Assembly (NCBI GenBank): GCA_031409275.1
Contig: JANNXA010000040.1
Location: forward strand, 160,001 to 224,000
Length of the DNA: 64,000 nt
Direction of reading: 5' to 3'
Origin: Planctomycetota bacterium
Lineage (GTDB): Bacteria; Planctomycetota; B15-G4; SIAN01
Shown: positions 37,942-46,652 of the stretch, one piece after another
Layout: each line of letters begins with the position of its first letter
Position numbering within the stretch: the first letter of the stretch is position 1
Notes under the pieces: model-generated
Told to the model about the DNA's origin: nothing
The model's database searches: none
The model's input: the letters and a program-made list of their open reading frames with translations, nothing else
Program-made: the position numbers and the translations under genes

Positions 37942-39021
37942 TCAGTGCGGCGTTGGCGCGAGCGGAGTGAGCGTGCCTGCGAAGAGCACCCGATCGTCGG
38001 CGTACGCCACGCCGACCTGCCCGGGGGTGAGCGCCTCTCCGGGCGCGTCGAGATCGAGCGTCACCATCCCTGCCGCGATCTCTCGAACGATCGCCGCCAC
38101 CGGCGAGTGGTGCGCGCGCACCTGGAGCTGCACCGCCAGGCCCGGCACGAGGGTCGCTCGATCGACCAGGAAGTTCGGGGCACGGACGCTGGCGACGCGC
38201 TGCAGCAGGTCCGTCCGATCTCCGACCACCACCTCGTTCGTCTCGGGATCGGTCCGGACCACGTAGCGAGGTGTTCCGGTCGCCAGCGCGAGCCCTTTGC
38301 GCTGCCCGACCGTGAAGCCGGCCGCGCCCGCGTGGGTACCGAGCGGCGTCCCATCGAGGTCTCGGACCACGCCGGGACGCAGCAGTTCGGGCCGACGCTC
38401 GCGCAGGAGGTCGCGATAGTCCCCGGTTGGAACGAAGCAGATCTCCTGGCTCTCGGGCTTGGCATGAACCGGGAGGCCTGCGCGCCGGGCATGGTCGCGG
38501 ACCTGCGACTTCTCGAGATCCGCGAGCGGGAAGAGGGCGCGTGCCAGGTTGCGGCGATCGACGGTCGCCAGCACATACGACTGGTCCTTGGCGAGATCTT
38601 GCGCGCGGCGGAGCGCCACCTCGTCGCCGTGCACGTCGATGCGCGCGTAGTGGCCGGTCGCCAGCCGTTGTGCTCCCATCCGCTCCGCGAATTCGAGGAG
38701 CGCACCGAACTTGAGTTCGCGGTTGCACTGGACGCAGGGATTGGGCGTCTCGCCGCGCGCGTAGGCCGCGACGAACTCGTCGATGACGCGGCGGAACGGC
38801 TCGGCATGGTCGAGCGCGTAGAACGGAATCGACAGCGCGGCCGCGACCTCCTCGGCGTCGCGCGCATCGGTGGCGCCGCAGCATCCTTGTCCCTTGCCGC
38901 GCGCCCCGGCCTCGATGCCGTTGCGCAGGAAGACACCGACGACGTCGTGCCCCGCCTCCCGCAGGAGCAGGGCACTGACCGACGAGTCGACGCCGCCCGA
39001 CATCGCGACCACGATCCGCAC
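37942..39021 (-). CDS. mnmA: tRNA-specific 2-thiouridylase MnmA
   Basis: AMSGGVDSS, TPNPCVQCN, ATGHYA, KDQSYVL, ESQEICF, TVGQRKG, TPGQ; GGAGG RBS before GTG 39021. Confidence 0.96.
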   Translation of the reverse strand: MRIVVAMSGGVDSSVSALLLREAGHDVVGVFLRNGIEAGARGKGQGCCGATDARDAEEVAAALSIPFYALDHAEPFRRVIDEFVAAYARGETPNPCVQCNRELKFGALLEFAERMGAQRLATGHYARIDVHGDEVALRRAQDLAKDQSYVLATVDRRNLARALFPLADLEKSQVRDHARRAGLPVHAKPESQEICFVPTGDYRDLLRERRPELLRPGVVRDLDGTPLGTHAGAAGFTVGQRKGLALATGTPRYVVRTDPETNEVVVGDRTDLLQRVASVRAPNFLVDRATLVPGLAVQLQVRAHHSPVAAIVREIAAGMVTLDLDAPGEALTPGQVGVAYADDRVLFAGTLTPLAPTPH

Positions 39022-39113
39022 GAAACGACCTCCGGAGTGCAACTGGCGACTTGTCCCGCGTGGGAGGCGCCGCAACAATGCGCGGCCCTTTCTACCCCCC
39101 GAAGGATCGCCGC

Positions 39114-39530
39114 ATGTTGCTCGTCTCCCTGCTCCTCTTCCTCCAGGGTGCAGGCCCGGAGAGCGGCGCCGCCGCACCCGCCGGCGGCGCGCCCGGCACC
39201 GCTGCACGCCCCGCACCGAGCCTCTTCGGCGCCGACATGCTGGTGCCCCTGCTCGGCTTCATGGTGATCTTCTATTTCCTCATGTGGCGACCGCAGGCGA
39301 AGGAGCGCAAGGCTCGCGCCGCGCTCTTGGCCGCAGTGAAGAAGGGCGATCGGGTCGTCCTGACTTGCGGCATGGTCGGGGACGTCGCCGCTCTCACCGA
39401 GCATGACGTGCTGATTCGCTTCGACGACAAGGATCAGCGTCGGCTGCGCTTCAAGCGCTACGCGATCCACACCGTCGTCAAGGACGACGACTCGCCGCCG
39501 AGCGAGACGGCCGACACTCCGCCGAAGTGA
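39114..39530 (+). CDS. yajC: Preprotein translocase subunit YajC
   Basis: IFYFLMWRPQAK..KKGDRVVLTCGMVG. Confidence 0.9.
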   Translation: MLLVSLLLFLQGAGPESGAAAPAGGAPGTAARPAPSLFGADMLVPLLGFMVIFYFLMWRPQAKERKARAALLAAVKKGDRVVLTCGMVGDVAALTEHDVLIRFDDKDQRRLRFKRYAIHTVVKDDDSPPSETADTPPK

Positions 39531-39616
39531 CGTGCGCGGAGTGATCCGTCACCACCGGTCACTCGACGACGTCGAAGCTCCAGCCGGCGATCGTCGCCGG
39601 CGCTGGAGCTTCGATC

Positions 39617-39985
39617 ATGGAGCCGCACGCCCTCGGTCGCGCTGCGGAGCAGGCGGTCGCCCGGTTCCTGTCTCGCCGCGGCTACCTCCTGCTCGGGAAG
39701 AATCTTCGGTTCCAGCGTGGCGAGCTCGATCTCGTCGCCTCGCGCGCCGGCCAGCTCTGGTTCATCGAGGTGAAGTGCCGCGGCCGGTCGGACGTCGGCC
39801 CGCCCCACCGCGCCATCGATGCACGGAAGCGACGCGCACTGTTTGCTGCTGCACGCGAGTACGTCCACCGAGCGCGCTATGGGGGCAGCTACGGCTTCCT
39901 CGTGGCGTCGGTGGTTTGGGCGCAGGCCCCGGCGCCGCCGATCATCACCGTCGCTCGGCTCCAGGTGACACCGCCCCTCCATTGA
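39617..39985 (+). CDS. yraN: YraN family (UPF0102) putative endonuclease
   Basis: GRAAEQ..L...GY..N.R...GELDLV..FIEVKCR. Confidence 0.88.
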   Translation: MEPHALGRAAEQAVARFLSRRGYLLLGKNLRFQRGELDLVASRAGQLWFIEVKCRGRSDVGPPHRAIDARKRRALFAAAREYVHRARYGGSYGFLVASVVWAQAPAPPIITVARLQVTPPLH

Positions 39986-40025
39986 CGCTGCAACGGCGAC
40001 GCGCCGAAGCGGTTGAGACCGACTG

Positions 40026-41471
40026 ATGGCCCTCGCAAACGGCAACGCACTATCGACACGCCGCCTCGCCCTCGTCCTCGGCGAGAGCGCGCTGCTCTGG
40101 TTGGTGTGCACTGCCGTTACGAGCTTCCGCGACGTCATCGAGGTGTACGCCCGTCCCGAAGGCGGTTCGATCTCCGACGTCGTCTGGCCACCCTTCGTCT
40201 GGCGAGGCGCGGTCCTCACGCTCATCTGCCAGATCTGCTTCATGTTGCAGGATCTCTACGACTGGCGCGTCACCAGCAACTCGAACCAGACCAGCGTCAA
40301 GTTGCTCGAGTCGATCTTCTATGCCGGGATCCTGGTCGGGATGGTCCATTACGCCATCCATTCGGGCGCCTCGGTGATCCCGCCGCCGCGCGTCGCGGCC
40401 TACACCAGCCGACCATGGACTTCGCTCGCGGCGCTGGTGGCAGTGCTCCCCGTCTCGCACTTCTATCGCGTGTTCTTCCACTGGATCTTCGCGCGGTGGC
40501 AGCTGCATGAGCGGGTGCTCCTCGTGGGTGCCGGGAACATGGCGCACACGCTCCTGCAGGAGATCCACCGACTGCACGATCCGGCCTACGAGCTCATCGG
40601 CTACGTGAATTGCGATGCGGAGCCGGCCAAGGATTTCGAATTGCCCTGTCTCGGTCCCGCCGACCAGCTCGAGTCGATCGCGGGAACGCATCGCGCGAGT
40701 CGCGTCGTCGTCGCGCTCGACGAGCGGCGCGGAAAGCTGCCGGTCATCGAGCTGCTCAACTGTCGACTCTCCGGGATGCGCGTCGAGGAAGCCGAGCTGC
40801 TCTACGAGCGCCTCACCGGCAAGATCGCCGTGCAGCGCCTGCGCCCGAGCTACCTGGTCTTCTCCGAGGGCTTCACGCAGGGGCGCGTCACCTTCGCGGT
40901 GAAGCGCGCTCTCGATCTCGTGCTCTCGATCGTCGGCCTGATGCTGGCCGTGCCGATCGCTCTGGTGACGGCCGTCGCCATCAAGGCCGAGTCGCGCGGC
41001 CCCGTCTTCTACGGCCAGACCCGCGTCGGCAAGGATGGCCGCGTCTTCACCGTCTACAAGTTCCGCTCGATGCGCACCGATGCCGAGAAGGGCGGTCCGC
41101 AATGGGCGGCGAAGAACGACAGCCGAGTGACTCGCGTCGGTCAGTTCATCCGCAAGACGCGCATCGACGAGATCCCGCAGATGTGGAACGTGCTGCGCAA
41201 CGAGATGTCGTTCGTCGGGCCGCGACCGGAACGGCCGTTCTTCGTCGACGAGCTGCGCAAGCAGATCCCGTACTACATGGAGCGCCTCCTGGTGAAGCCC
41301 GGGCTCACCGGCTGGGCGCAGATCAACTACCAGTACGGCTCGTCGGTCGAAGACGCGTTGACCAAGCTCCAGTACGACCTCTGGTACATCAAGAACCTGT
41401 CGATCTTCGTCGATCTGCTGATCGTGCTGCGGACCATCAAGGTCATCGTGCTGCGCCGCGGCGCGAACTGA
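40026..41471 (+). CDS. Polyprenyl glycosylphosphotransferase (WcaJ-like; resembles the PEP-CTERM/XrtA-associated type)
   Basis: TM N-terminus, YERLTGKI, KRALD, KFRSM, RIDEIPQMWNVL.NEMSFVGPRPERP, KPGLTGWAQ, KLQYDLWYIKN. Confidence 0.9.
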   Translation: MALANGNALSTRRLALVLGESALLWLVCTAVTSFRDVIEVYARPEGGSISDVVWPPFVWRGAVLTLICQICFMLQDLYDWRVTSNSNQTSVKLLESIFYAGILVGMVHYAIHSGASVIPPPRVAAYTSRPWTSLAALVAVLPVSHFYRVFFHWIFARWQLHERVLLVGAGNMAHTLLQEIHRLHDPAYELIGYVNCDAEPAKDFELPCLGPADQLESIAGTHRASRVVVALDERRGKLPVIELLNCRLSGMRVEEAELLYERLTGKIAVQRLRPSYLVFSEGFTQGRVTFAVKRALDLVLSIVGLMLAVPIALVTAVAIKAESRGPVFYGQTRVGKDGRVFTVYKFRSMRTDAEKGGPQWAAKNDSRVTRVGQFIRKTRIDEIPQMWNVLRNEMSFVGPRPERPFFVDELRKQIPYYMERLLVKPGLTGWAQINYQYGSSVEDALTKLQYDLWYIKNLSIFVDLLIVLRTIKVIVLRRGAN

Positions 41472-41496
41472 ACGAGCGGCATCCTCGCCGCGAAGC

Positions 41497-43806
41497 TCAA
41501 CGCTCCGCGACGTCGAGCTCGACGAGCAGGCGACGGGCGGCGAGGTGGAGTTCCCCCCGAGTGAGGCGGTCGAGCTGCTGCAGGATCACCTTCTCGCGAT
41601 CGATCGACGGGAACTCCTTCGGCGCCTCCTCGATCAGCGTCACGAGTCGGGCGAGCAGTTCGCGGTAGCCGTCGGCATGCGGCGTCAGTCCATCGCGCCC
41701 CGAAAGCTGACCGGCACAGTCGGAGAGCACGAGGAATGGGTTGCGCGCGCGCGCCAATGCGGCCGCTTGCGCACGCAGCTCGAGCCACTCCTCGATGCGC
41801 CGCGGCGAGAATCCGAGCGCGAGCAGTTTCGGGAGCTGCCCCCAGATCTTGCGCCCGAGGGGCAGGAAGCGCGCGGCATCTTCGAGGTGCGCCGTCTCGT
41901 GCTGCAGCACCGCATCGAGGGCGTCGACCCGGAGCGCGAGGCGAAACCGCTCCGGCTCGCGCGCACGGCAGTCGGCCAGCGCGCGCAGCTCGAGCTTCGC
42001 CGCGACTTCCGCGGGCTCGTCGATGCGACAGCGTTCCGCGCGCGTGGGCGCCCGCTCGACCGGATCCGCGAGCAGATCACTCGCCGTCCCTTCGAGCCGC
42101 GCCTCGAAGGTCGACAGCCGCTGCACCTCGTCCTCGACGGTCGCCACGTCGATCCAGACGAACCGATCGAGCGCGGCGCCGGCGAAGCGCGCGCCCTGGT
42201 GCTCGAGCCATCCGGGAATGGAGGTGCCCTCGACCCATGACAGCGCGGCGAGCTGCGGACCGGCGACGCCACGCGCCAGCACCGGCGCGACGAAGAGTTC
42301 CGGTGGCTGGCCACTGCGTTGGCCCACCACCATCAGGCGACCACCGTCGGAGAACCAGCGCGGCAGACCAGGCCCCGTCGGGTCGATCAGCTCGCCGAGC
42401 GGCCAGAACGACAGTCGGCGCGTGCTCTCGATCAGATCGACTCCAACGACGCGTTTCGCGATCGCGCCGACCGCCTCGACGAAACGATCAAAGTCGCGAC
42501 TGGGCGCGGCATCCCCTTCGGAGCGATAGGTCGCCAGGGCGAGCACCTTGAGCTCCGCTTCGAGCTGTCGTTGCGCCAGGACGCGCCGGCGCAACGACTC
42601 GACGTCCTGGCGATCCCCGCGCCGCCACGGCCGCAACAACGCCAGCGCCTCCTCGTCGAAGCCGAGCGCCACGAGCTGTCGCGCGAGGTCGAACGCTCCG
42701 CTCGCGCCAAGCGCGCCAGCCAACGGCGCAAGCTCGCAAGCGGCCGCGAACGCGGGTGCTTCCGCGCCCAGTTGCGCGAGCGCGGCGAAGCGGTCGCGTT
42801 CCTCGTCGAGCGCGCGCATCACCTCGCCGCGCTGCACCAGGAGCAGGCGGCGACGCGCGCGCGTGGCGGAATCGCCGGGAGGCGCAATCTCCCAGGCTGC
42901 CAGCGCCGCCGCGGCGTCGCCGGTCAGTGCGTGGCAACGCGCCAGCAGCTCGGCGACCAATGGCTCATCGGCCGCGTTTCCAAGTTCGTGCACGAGCCAC
43001 TCGACCTCGGGCAACGTGACGTTGCCGTCGAGCCGCGCGCGCAACCGCCGCGCCGCTTCCCTTTGCTGCGGCTGCCGAGCCAGGAGCTGCCCCAGCAACT
43101 CGAACGCTTCGTGCGTGCGACCGCCGCGGTCGCGGCAATCGGAGAGCAGCAGGACGCGCTCGGCCTCCCAGTTCTCTTCAAGCAACGCGCTCGCCAGCAA
43201 CTTCTCGGCGGCCTCGCGCTTGGTGAAGTCCGCCGCCCAGGCGCGCAGGACTCCAAGCTCGAGGTCCGGCTCGTCGGGAGCAAGGGCGCGTGCCTGCTCG
43301 TTGGAGGCGCACGCCAGCGTCACATCGCCCTGCGCCAGCGCAAGCGCGCCGAGCCCGAGGAGCGGCCACGGGCAGCGCGGATCAAGGCGGCGCGCGGTCG
43401 CGAAAGCTGTCCGCTGGACTTCCGGATCGCTCTGGATGCGACCCCAGAGGTACCAGCGCTCGGCCGAAGTGGGCTCCGCGTCGCGGAGCGCGCGATACGT
43501 CGTGAGCTGCGCGCCGCGGCGATGGCGGGCGAGCTCGAGATTCTGCAGCGCACGGTGGGCAGCGACGAACCGCGGCGAAACACGGACGACATCGCGCAGC
43601 AGCGCCGCTGCGGGATCGAGCTCGCCGCGCTCCTCGAGTTGCCGAGCGTCGCGGTAGCGTTGCCATTGCGCCGGCGCGATGGGCGGCGCCGGCGGCGGCA
43701 ACGTCGCGCAACTCGCGACGAACCACAACGACGCGAGCAAGCGATATCGTCGACCAAGCGGTCCGCGCGAAGCGGCTTTCCCCTCGCGGAGTCCTCCCAC
43801 GGCCAT
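41497..43806 (-). CDS. TPR lipoprotein with a C-terminal HExxH motif (start uncertain: ATG 43806 or TTG 43740)
   Basis: Lipobox-like FVASC; N-terminal TPRs; LQHETAHLED followed by EEWLELRA. Confidence 0.65.
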   Translation of the reverse strand: MAVGGLREGKAASRGPLGRRYRLLASLWFVASCATLPPPAPPIAPAQWQRYRDARQLEERGELDPAAALLRDVVRVSPRFVAAHRALQNLELARHRRGAQLTTYRALRDAEPTSAERWYLWGRIQSDPEVQRTAFATARRLDPRCPWPLLGLGALALAQGDVTLACASNEQARALAPDEPDLELGVLRAWAADFTKREAAEKLLASALLEENWEAERVLLLSDCRDRGGRTHEAFELLGQLLARQPQQREAARRLRARLDGNVTLPEVEWLVHELGNAADEPLVAELLARCHALTGDAAAALAAWEIAPPGDSATRARRRLLLVQRGEVMRALDEERDRFAALAQLGAEAPAFAAACELAPLAGALGASGAFDLARQLVALGFDEEALALLRPWRRGDRQDVESLRRRVLAQRQLEAELKVLALATYRSEGDAAPSRDFDRFVEAVGAIAKRVVGVDLIESTRRLSFWPLGELIDPTGPGLPRWFSDGGRLMVVGQRSGQPPELFVAPVLARGVAGPQLAALSWVEGTSIPGWLEHQGARFAGAALDRFVWIDVATVEDEVQRLSTFEARLEGTASDLLADPVERAPTRAERCRIDEPAEVAAKLELRALADCRAREPERFRLALRVDALDAVLQHETAHLEDAARFLPLGRKIWGQLPKLLALGFSPRRIEEWLELRAQAAALARARNPFLVLSDCAGQLSGRDGLTPHADGYRELLARLVTLIEEAPKEFPSIDREKVILQQLDRLTRGELHLAARRLLVELDVAER

Positions 43807-44818
43807 GCTTTGCACCCTCTTGCTCGCCTTCGCGGCCGACGTTCCGAAGCTGCCGTTCACCGAGAAATACGACGCCGCCTGGGCCGAGGCGAAGGCGCGC
43901 AACGTACCCGTGCTGATCATCGACTTCGACGGCTGGACCAACGACCTCAAACAAGGACAGCCGAGTGCGTTCTACGCGGACAAAGAGTTCCTGGCGCAAT
44001 GCGAGGGGGCGGTCCTCCTGCTCGCGAGCCAGGAAGAGCACTCGATCGCTCGCGAGGAGATCGACGGCGAGGTGCGCGACGTCTGCGAACAATGGGGAGG
44101 CGTACCGTGCGCCGCCCATCGCGACCTGCTGCCGCGGATCTTCACCGACTTCGGCCGCGACGGCGTCCTCGTCTCCCCGTTGTTCGTCGTCGCCGACCCC
44201 AACCGCAAAGAGCTTGCGCGTCTCGAGCACGAACACACGCCGGCCGAACTCGTCACGGCGCTGCGGGCCGCGAGCAAGAAGCTCGGCGCTGGGATGCCGC
44301 GCCGCGACCATCGCAGCGTCGTTCGCGGGCTTCGCGACCTTCGTCGGCTGCTCGAACTGAACGAACCGGCCGCGGCCGTCGCGGTCCTCGACACGCTGAA
44401 GAAGATCCCGGGGTCGTTCGCGCCGAACGCCGAAGTGACGGTGGCGGCTCAGAAGCTCGACGAAGCCGGACGCAGCCGTCTCGCGCGAGCAAGCGAGCTC
44501 TGGAACGCCAAGCGTCCCCCTGACGCCTTGATCGAAGCGGACGACGTTCGAGCGTCGTTCGGGAAGCTCGCATGCGCAGGCACCGCAGCCGCAATGGTGG
44601 CGGAGTGGCAGAAGGACGCCGCCGTCAGCAAGTCCGACCTCGCGGACCTGAAATCGCACCAAGGCGCGCGGCAGCTCTACCAACAGGCCGTGGATCAGGA
44701 GCGGTCCGGTGAAGCCAAGAAGGCGCTGCAGACCCTCGAGCGGCTGCTGAAGCAGTTCCCCGACAGCCGCATGACCGATCGCGCCCGCTCGCTCCGCGAC
44801 TCGCTGAAGAGCGGCTAG
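43805..44818 (+). CDS. Secreted protein with a thioredoxin-like N-terminal fold and BamD/TPR-like C-terminus
   Basis: YDAAWAEAKARNVPVLI resembles thioredoxin-like domains; LERLLKQFPDS is TPR-like. Confidence 0.55.
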   Translation: MLCTLLLAFAADVPKLPFTEKYDAAWAEAKARNVPVLIIDFDGWTNDLKQGQPSAFYADKEFLAQCEGAVLLLASQEEHSIAREEIDGEVRDVCEQWGGVPCAAHRDLLPRIFTDFGRDGVLVSPLFVVADPNRKELARLEHEHTPAELVTALRAASKKLGAGMPRRDHRSVVRGLRDLRRLLELNEPAAAVAVLDTLKKIPGSFAPNAEVTVAAQKLDEAGRSRLARASELWNAKRPPDALIEADDVRASFGKLACAGTAAAMVAEWQKDAAVSKSDLADLKSHQGARQLYQQAVDQERSGEAKKALQTLERLLKQFPDSRMTDRARSLRDSLKSG

Positions 44819-44897
44819 CGGGAGCGACGGCCGTCGTGGCCGGCCGTGTCGCAACGTTCGCTTAGCGCTCTTGAGAGACTTCGTCCAAGAGCTACGA

Positions 44898-45063
44898 AGC
44901 ATGTCCGTGCATGTTCTTAAGTCGTTTAATAACAGATATTTAAGAATATCACATGGATGTTATCGTCAAGTTCGCATGTCTTCAGCATGCTCATTATTGC
45001 ACTAGATGGGCACTTGCGATTTGTTCAATAAAATTTCTTAAGTCTATTATTTACAATTGATTA
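44898..45063. promoter_or_regulatory. AT-rich upstream regulatory region: long imperfect palindrome, GCATG repeats and two TTCTTAAGTC-led IHF-like elements
   Basis: Only strongly AT-rich tract in the window; TTCTTAA..TTAAGAA inverted repeat; TTCTTAAGTC repeated at ~44914 and ~45035. Confidence 0.55.
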
Positions 45064-45091
45064 CAGATCATCGCCGAAGTTTTTCAGCCAT

Positions 45092-45107
45092 CGGCACCCA
45101 CCTTGCT
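45092..45107 (+). promoter_or_regulatory. Sigma-54 (RpoN) -24/-12 promoter
   Basis: CGGCAC-CCACC-TTGCT matches YGGCAC-N5-TTGCW with exact GG-N10-GC spacing. Confidence 0.7.
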
Positions 45108-45117
45108 TTGAACGAGC

Positions 45118-45291
45118 TCACGCAAGGCGATCTCGGGACTCGTTGGATCTCTCAGGCACCAAAAGTGGTTCTTCGAGACAAGGACGCGTGCGGGGAAGAA
45201 CGGATCGTGCGGAAACCGTGAGCCCTGGCTGATACGGTTTTCGCGGAAAGTTGTGGGCGGCTTCCGGGGGGAGGCCGCCCGCTTTCTTTTT
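45118..45291 (+). ncRNA. Candidate sigma-54-dependent small RNA (~170 nt, GGA-rich)
   Basis: Lies between the sigma-54 promoter and an intrinsic terminator; no convincing ORF; 8 GGA triplets; internal hairpin AAACCGT..ACGGTTT. Confidence 0.5.
45255..45291 (+). terminator. Rho-independent terminator
   Basis: GGGCGGCTTCC-GGGG-GGAGGCCGCCC stem-loop followed by GCTTTCTTTTT. Confidence 0.8.
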
Positions 45292-45336
45292 CCCGCGCCT
45301 CGCTCGGCACCGAGCGCCGCAGACTGGCGGCGCGAA

Positions 45337-45433
45337 TGGCGGGAGCGCATGGGAATTGAACCCACCTAGGACCTTTGTAGGGCCCCACAACGGATTTGAA
45401 GTCCGTGCGGCACACCAGCACCGATCCGCTCCC
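45337..45433 (-). tRNA. selC: tRNA-Sec (anticodon UCA)
   Basis: Reverse complement GGGAGCGGATCGGTGCTGGTGTGCCGCACGGACTTCAAATCCGT..GGTTCAATTCC..CGCTCCCGCCA; UCA anticodon, long variable arm, extended acceptor stem, encoded CCA. Confidence 0.93.
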
Positions 45434-45512
45434 GCTCAAGGCGACGCATGATACGACGCCTTCGCCCGGATCTTCAGGACCTTGGCGCCGCCCTCTCGCC
45501 CCCCATCGGCAC

Positions 45513-46652
45513 ATGATCTACCTCGACAACGCCGCCACGACGAAGCCGCTCGATACGGTCGTCACTGCGATGACTTCGGCACTCCGAGACGAGTGGGCAA
45601 ACCCGTCTTCGTCGCATCGACCCGGGCTCGCCGCGCGCGCTGTCGTCGAGACGGCCCGCGCCGCGGTCGCGGACTACTGCGGACTCGATCCGCAAGGCGT
45701 GATCTTCACGTCGGGAGGGACCGAGGCGAACCACCTCGCCGCGCTTGGGCTTCCACTGCGCTCGGGAACAACTCGGATCGTCACGACCGTCGCGGAGCAC
45801 CCATCTCTTGGGCGGGCGTTGGCGTCGCGTCGCGACGCCGAAGTCATCGCGATCCCGCTGACGCGACAGGGCGGGATCGACCTCGATCAGCTCGAACAGA
45901 GACTCGACTCGAGCGTCGGTCTCGTCGCGATGTTCGACGGTCACAATGAGACGGGCGCCAAGAACCCGATCGAGTCGATCGTGGAGCGCGTACGGCGCCG
46001 CTCGCCGCGCGCGTTGATCCACGTCGATGCCGTTCAATCGTTCGGGAAGCTCGGGCGGCCAGGCTTCGCGCTCGGCGTCGACAGTGCCGCCGTCTCGGCG
46101 CACAAGATCCACGGGCCGAAGGGTGTCGGTGCGCTGCTGCTGCGTACGCGAACACGCCTCGCCCCGCTTCAGTTGGGTGGCGGCCAGGAATCGGACCGTC
46201 GCAGCGGTACCGAGAACGTTCCCGGCATCGCCGGATTCGGCGCCGCCGTCGCGGCACTGGCGACACCGTCGGCGCCTTTCGCTGCGATCGCCGCGATGCG
46301 CGAGCGACTGGTCCGCGAACTTACGGCACGCATCCCCGGCTCGCGCGTCCTCGGCGAAGGGGGACCGACGTTGCCGCACATCGTCGCCATCGTCCTTCCG
46401 GGCGTCCGTTCCGAGGTGGTGCTGCACCACCTCGAACAGCAGGGAATCGTCGCCTCCGCGGGTGCGGCGTGCCACGCGGGATCCCATCAGCTCTCGGCGG
46501 CGCTTCGTGCGATCGGCCTCACCGACGATGAGATCCGCGCGACGCTCCGGCTCAGCCTTGCGCGAACCACCACCGAAACCGAGGTCCACGCCGTGATCGA
46601 AGCGCTTCCGACCGTCGTTCGCCGGCTGCAGATGCTCGAGAGGGGCGCGTGA
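45513..46652 (+). CDS. Cysteine desulfurase (group I NifS/IscS, NifZ-like)
   Basis: MIYLDNAATT, NPSS, FTSGGTEAN, HVDAVQ, SAHKIHGPKG, RSGTENV, SAGAAC. Confidence 0.93.
   Translation: MIYLDNAATTKPLDTVVTAMTSALRDEWANPSSSHRPGLAARAVVETARAAVADYCGLDPQGVIFTSGGTEANHLAALGLPLRSGTTRIVTTVAEHPSLGRALASRRDAEVIAIPLTRQGGIDLDQLEQRLDSSVGLVAMFDGHNETGAKNPIESIVERVRRRSPRALIHVDAVQSFGKLGRPGFALGVDSAAVSAHKIHGPKGVGALLLRTRTRLAPLQLGGGQESDRRSGTENVPGIAGFGAAVAALATPSAPFAAIAAMRERLVRELTARIPGSRVLGEGGPTLPHIVAIVLPGVRSEVVLHHLEQQGIVASAGAACHAGSHQLSAALRAIGLTDDEIRATLRLSLARTTTETEVHAVIEALPTVVRRLQMLERGA

Noticed and set aside
44862..44888. CIRCE-like element (TTAGCGCTC left arm)
   Set aside because: The right arm after 9 nt is TTCGTCCAA, not GAGTGCTAA, and no chaperone gene follows
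44940..44972. dif (XerCD) site around TTATCGTCAAGT
   Set aside because: Only one arm resembles dif; no matching second arm at 6-bp spacing
45145..45185. Glycine riboswitch (CTCTCAGG motif)
   Set aside because: Lacks the upstream GGAGA and CCGAAG elements, and no downstream gene in the same orientation
45108..45221. 37-codon TTG ORF (MNELTQGD...) inside the candidate sRNA
   Set aside because: No RBS, and it starts upstream of the predicted sigma-54 transcription start; not fully excluded
44820..45340. Genomic island or prophage integrated at selC
   Set aside because: No integrase, no visible duplicate of the tRNA 3' end, and flanking genes have host-like composition
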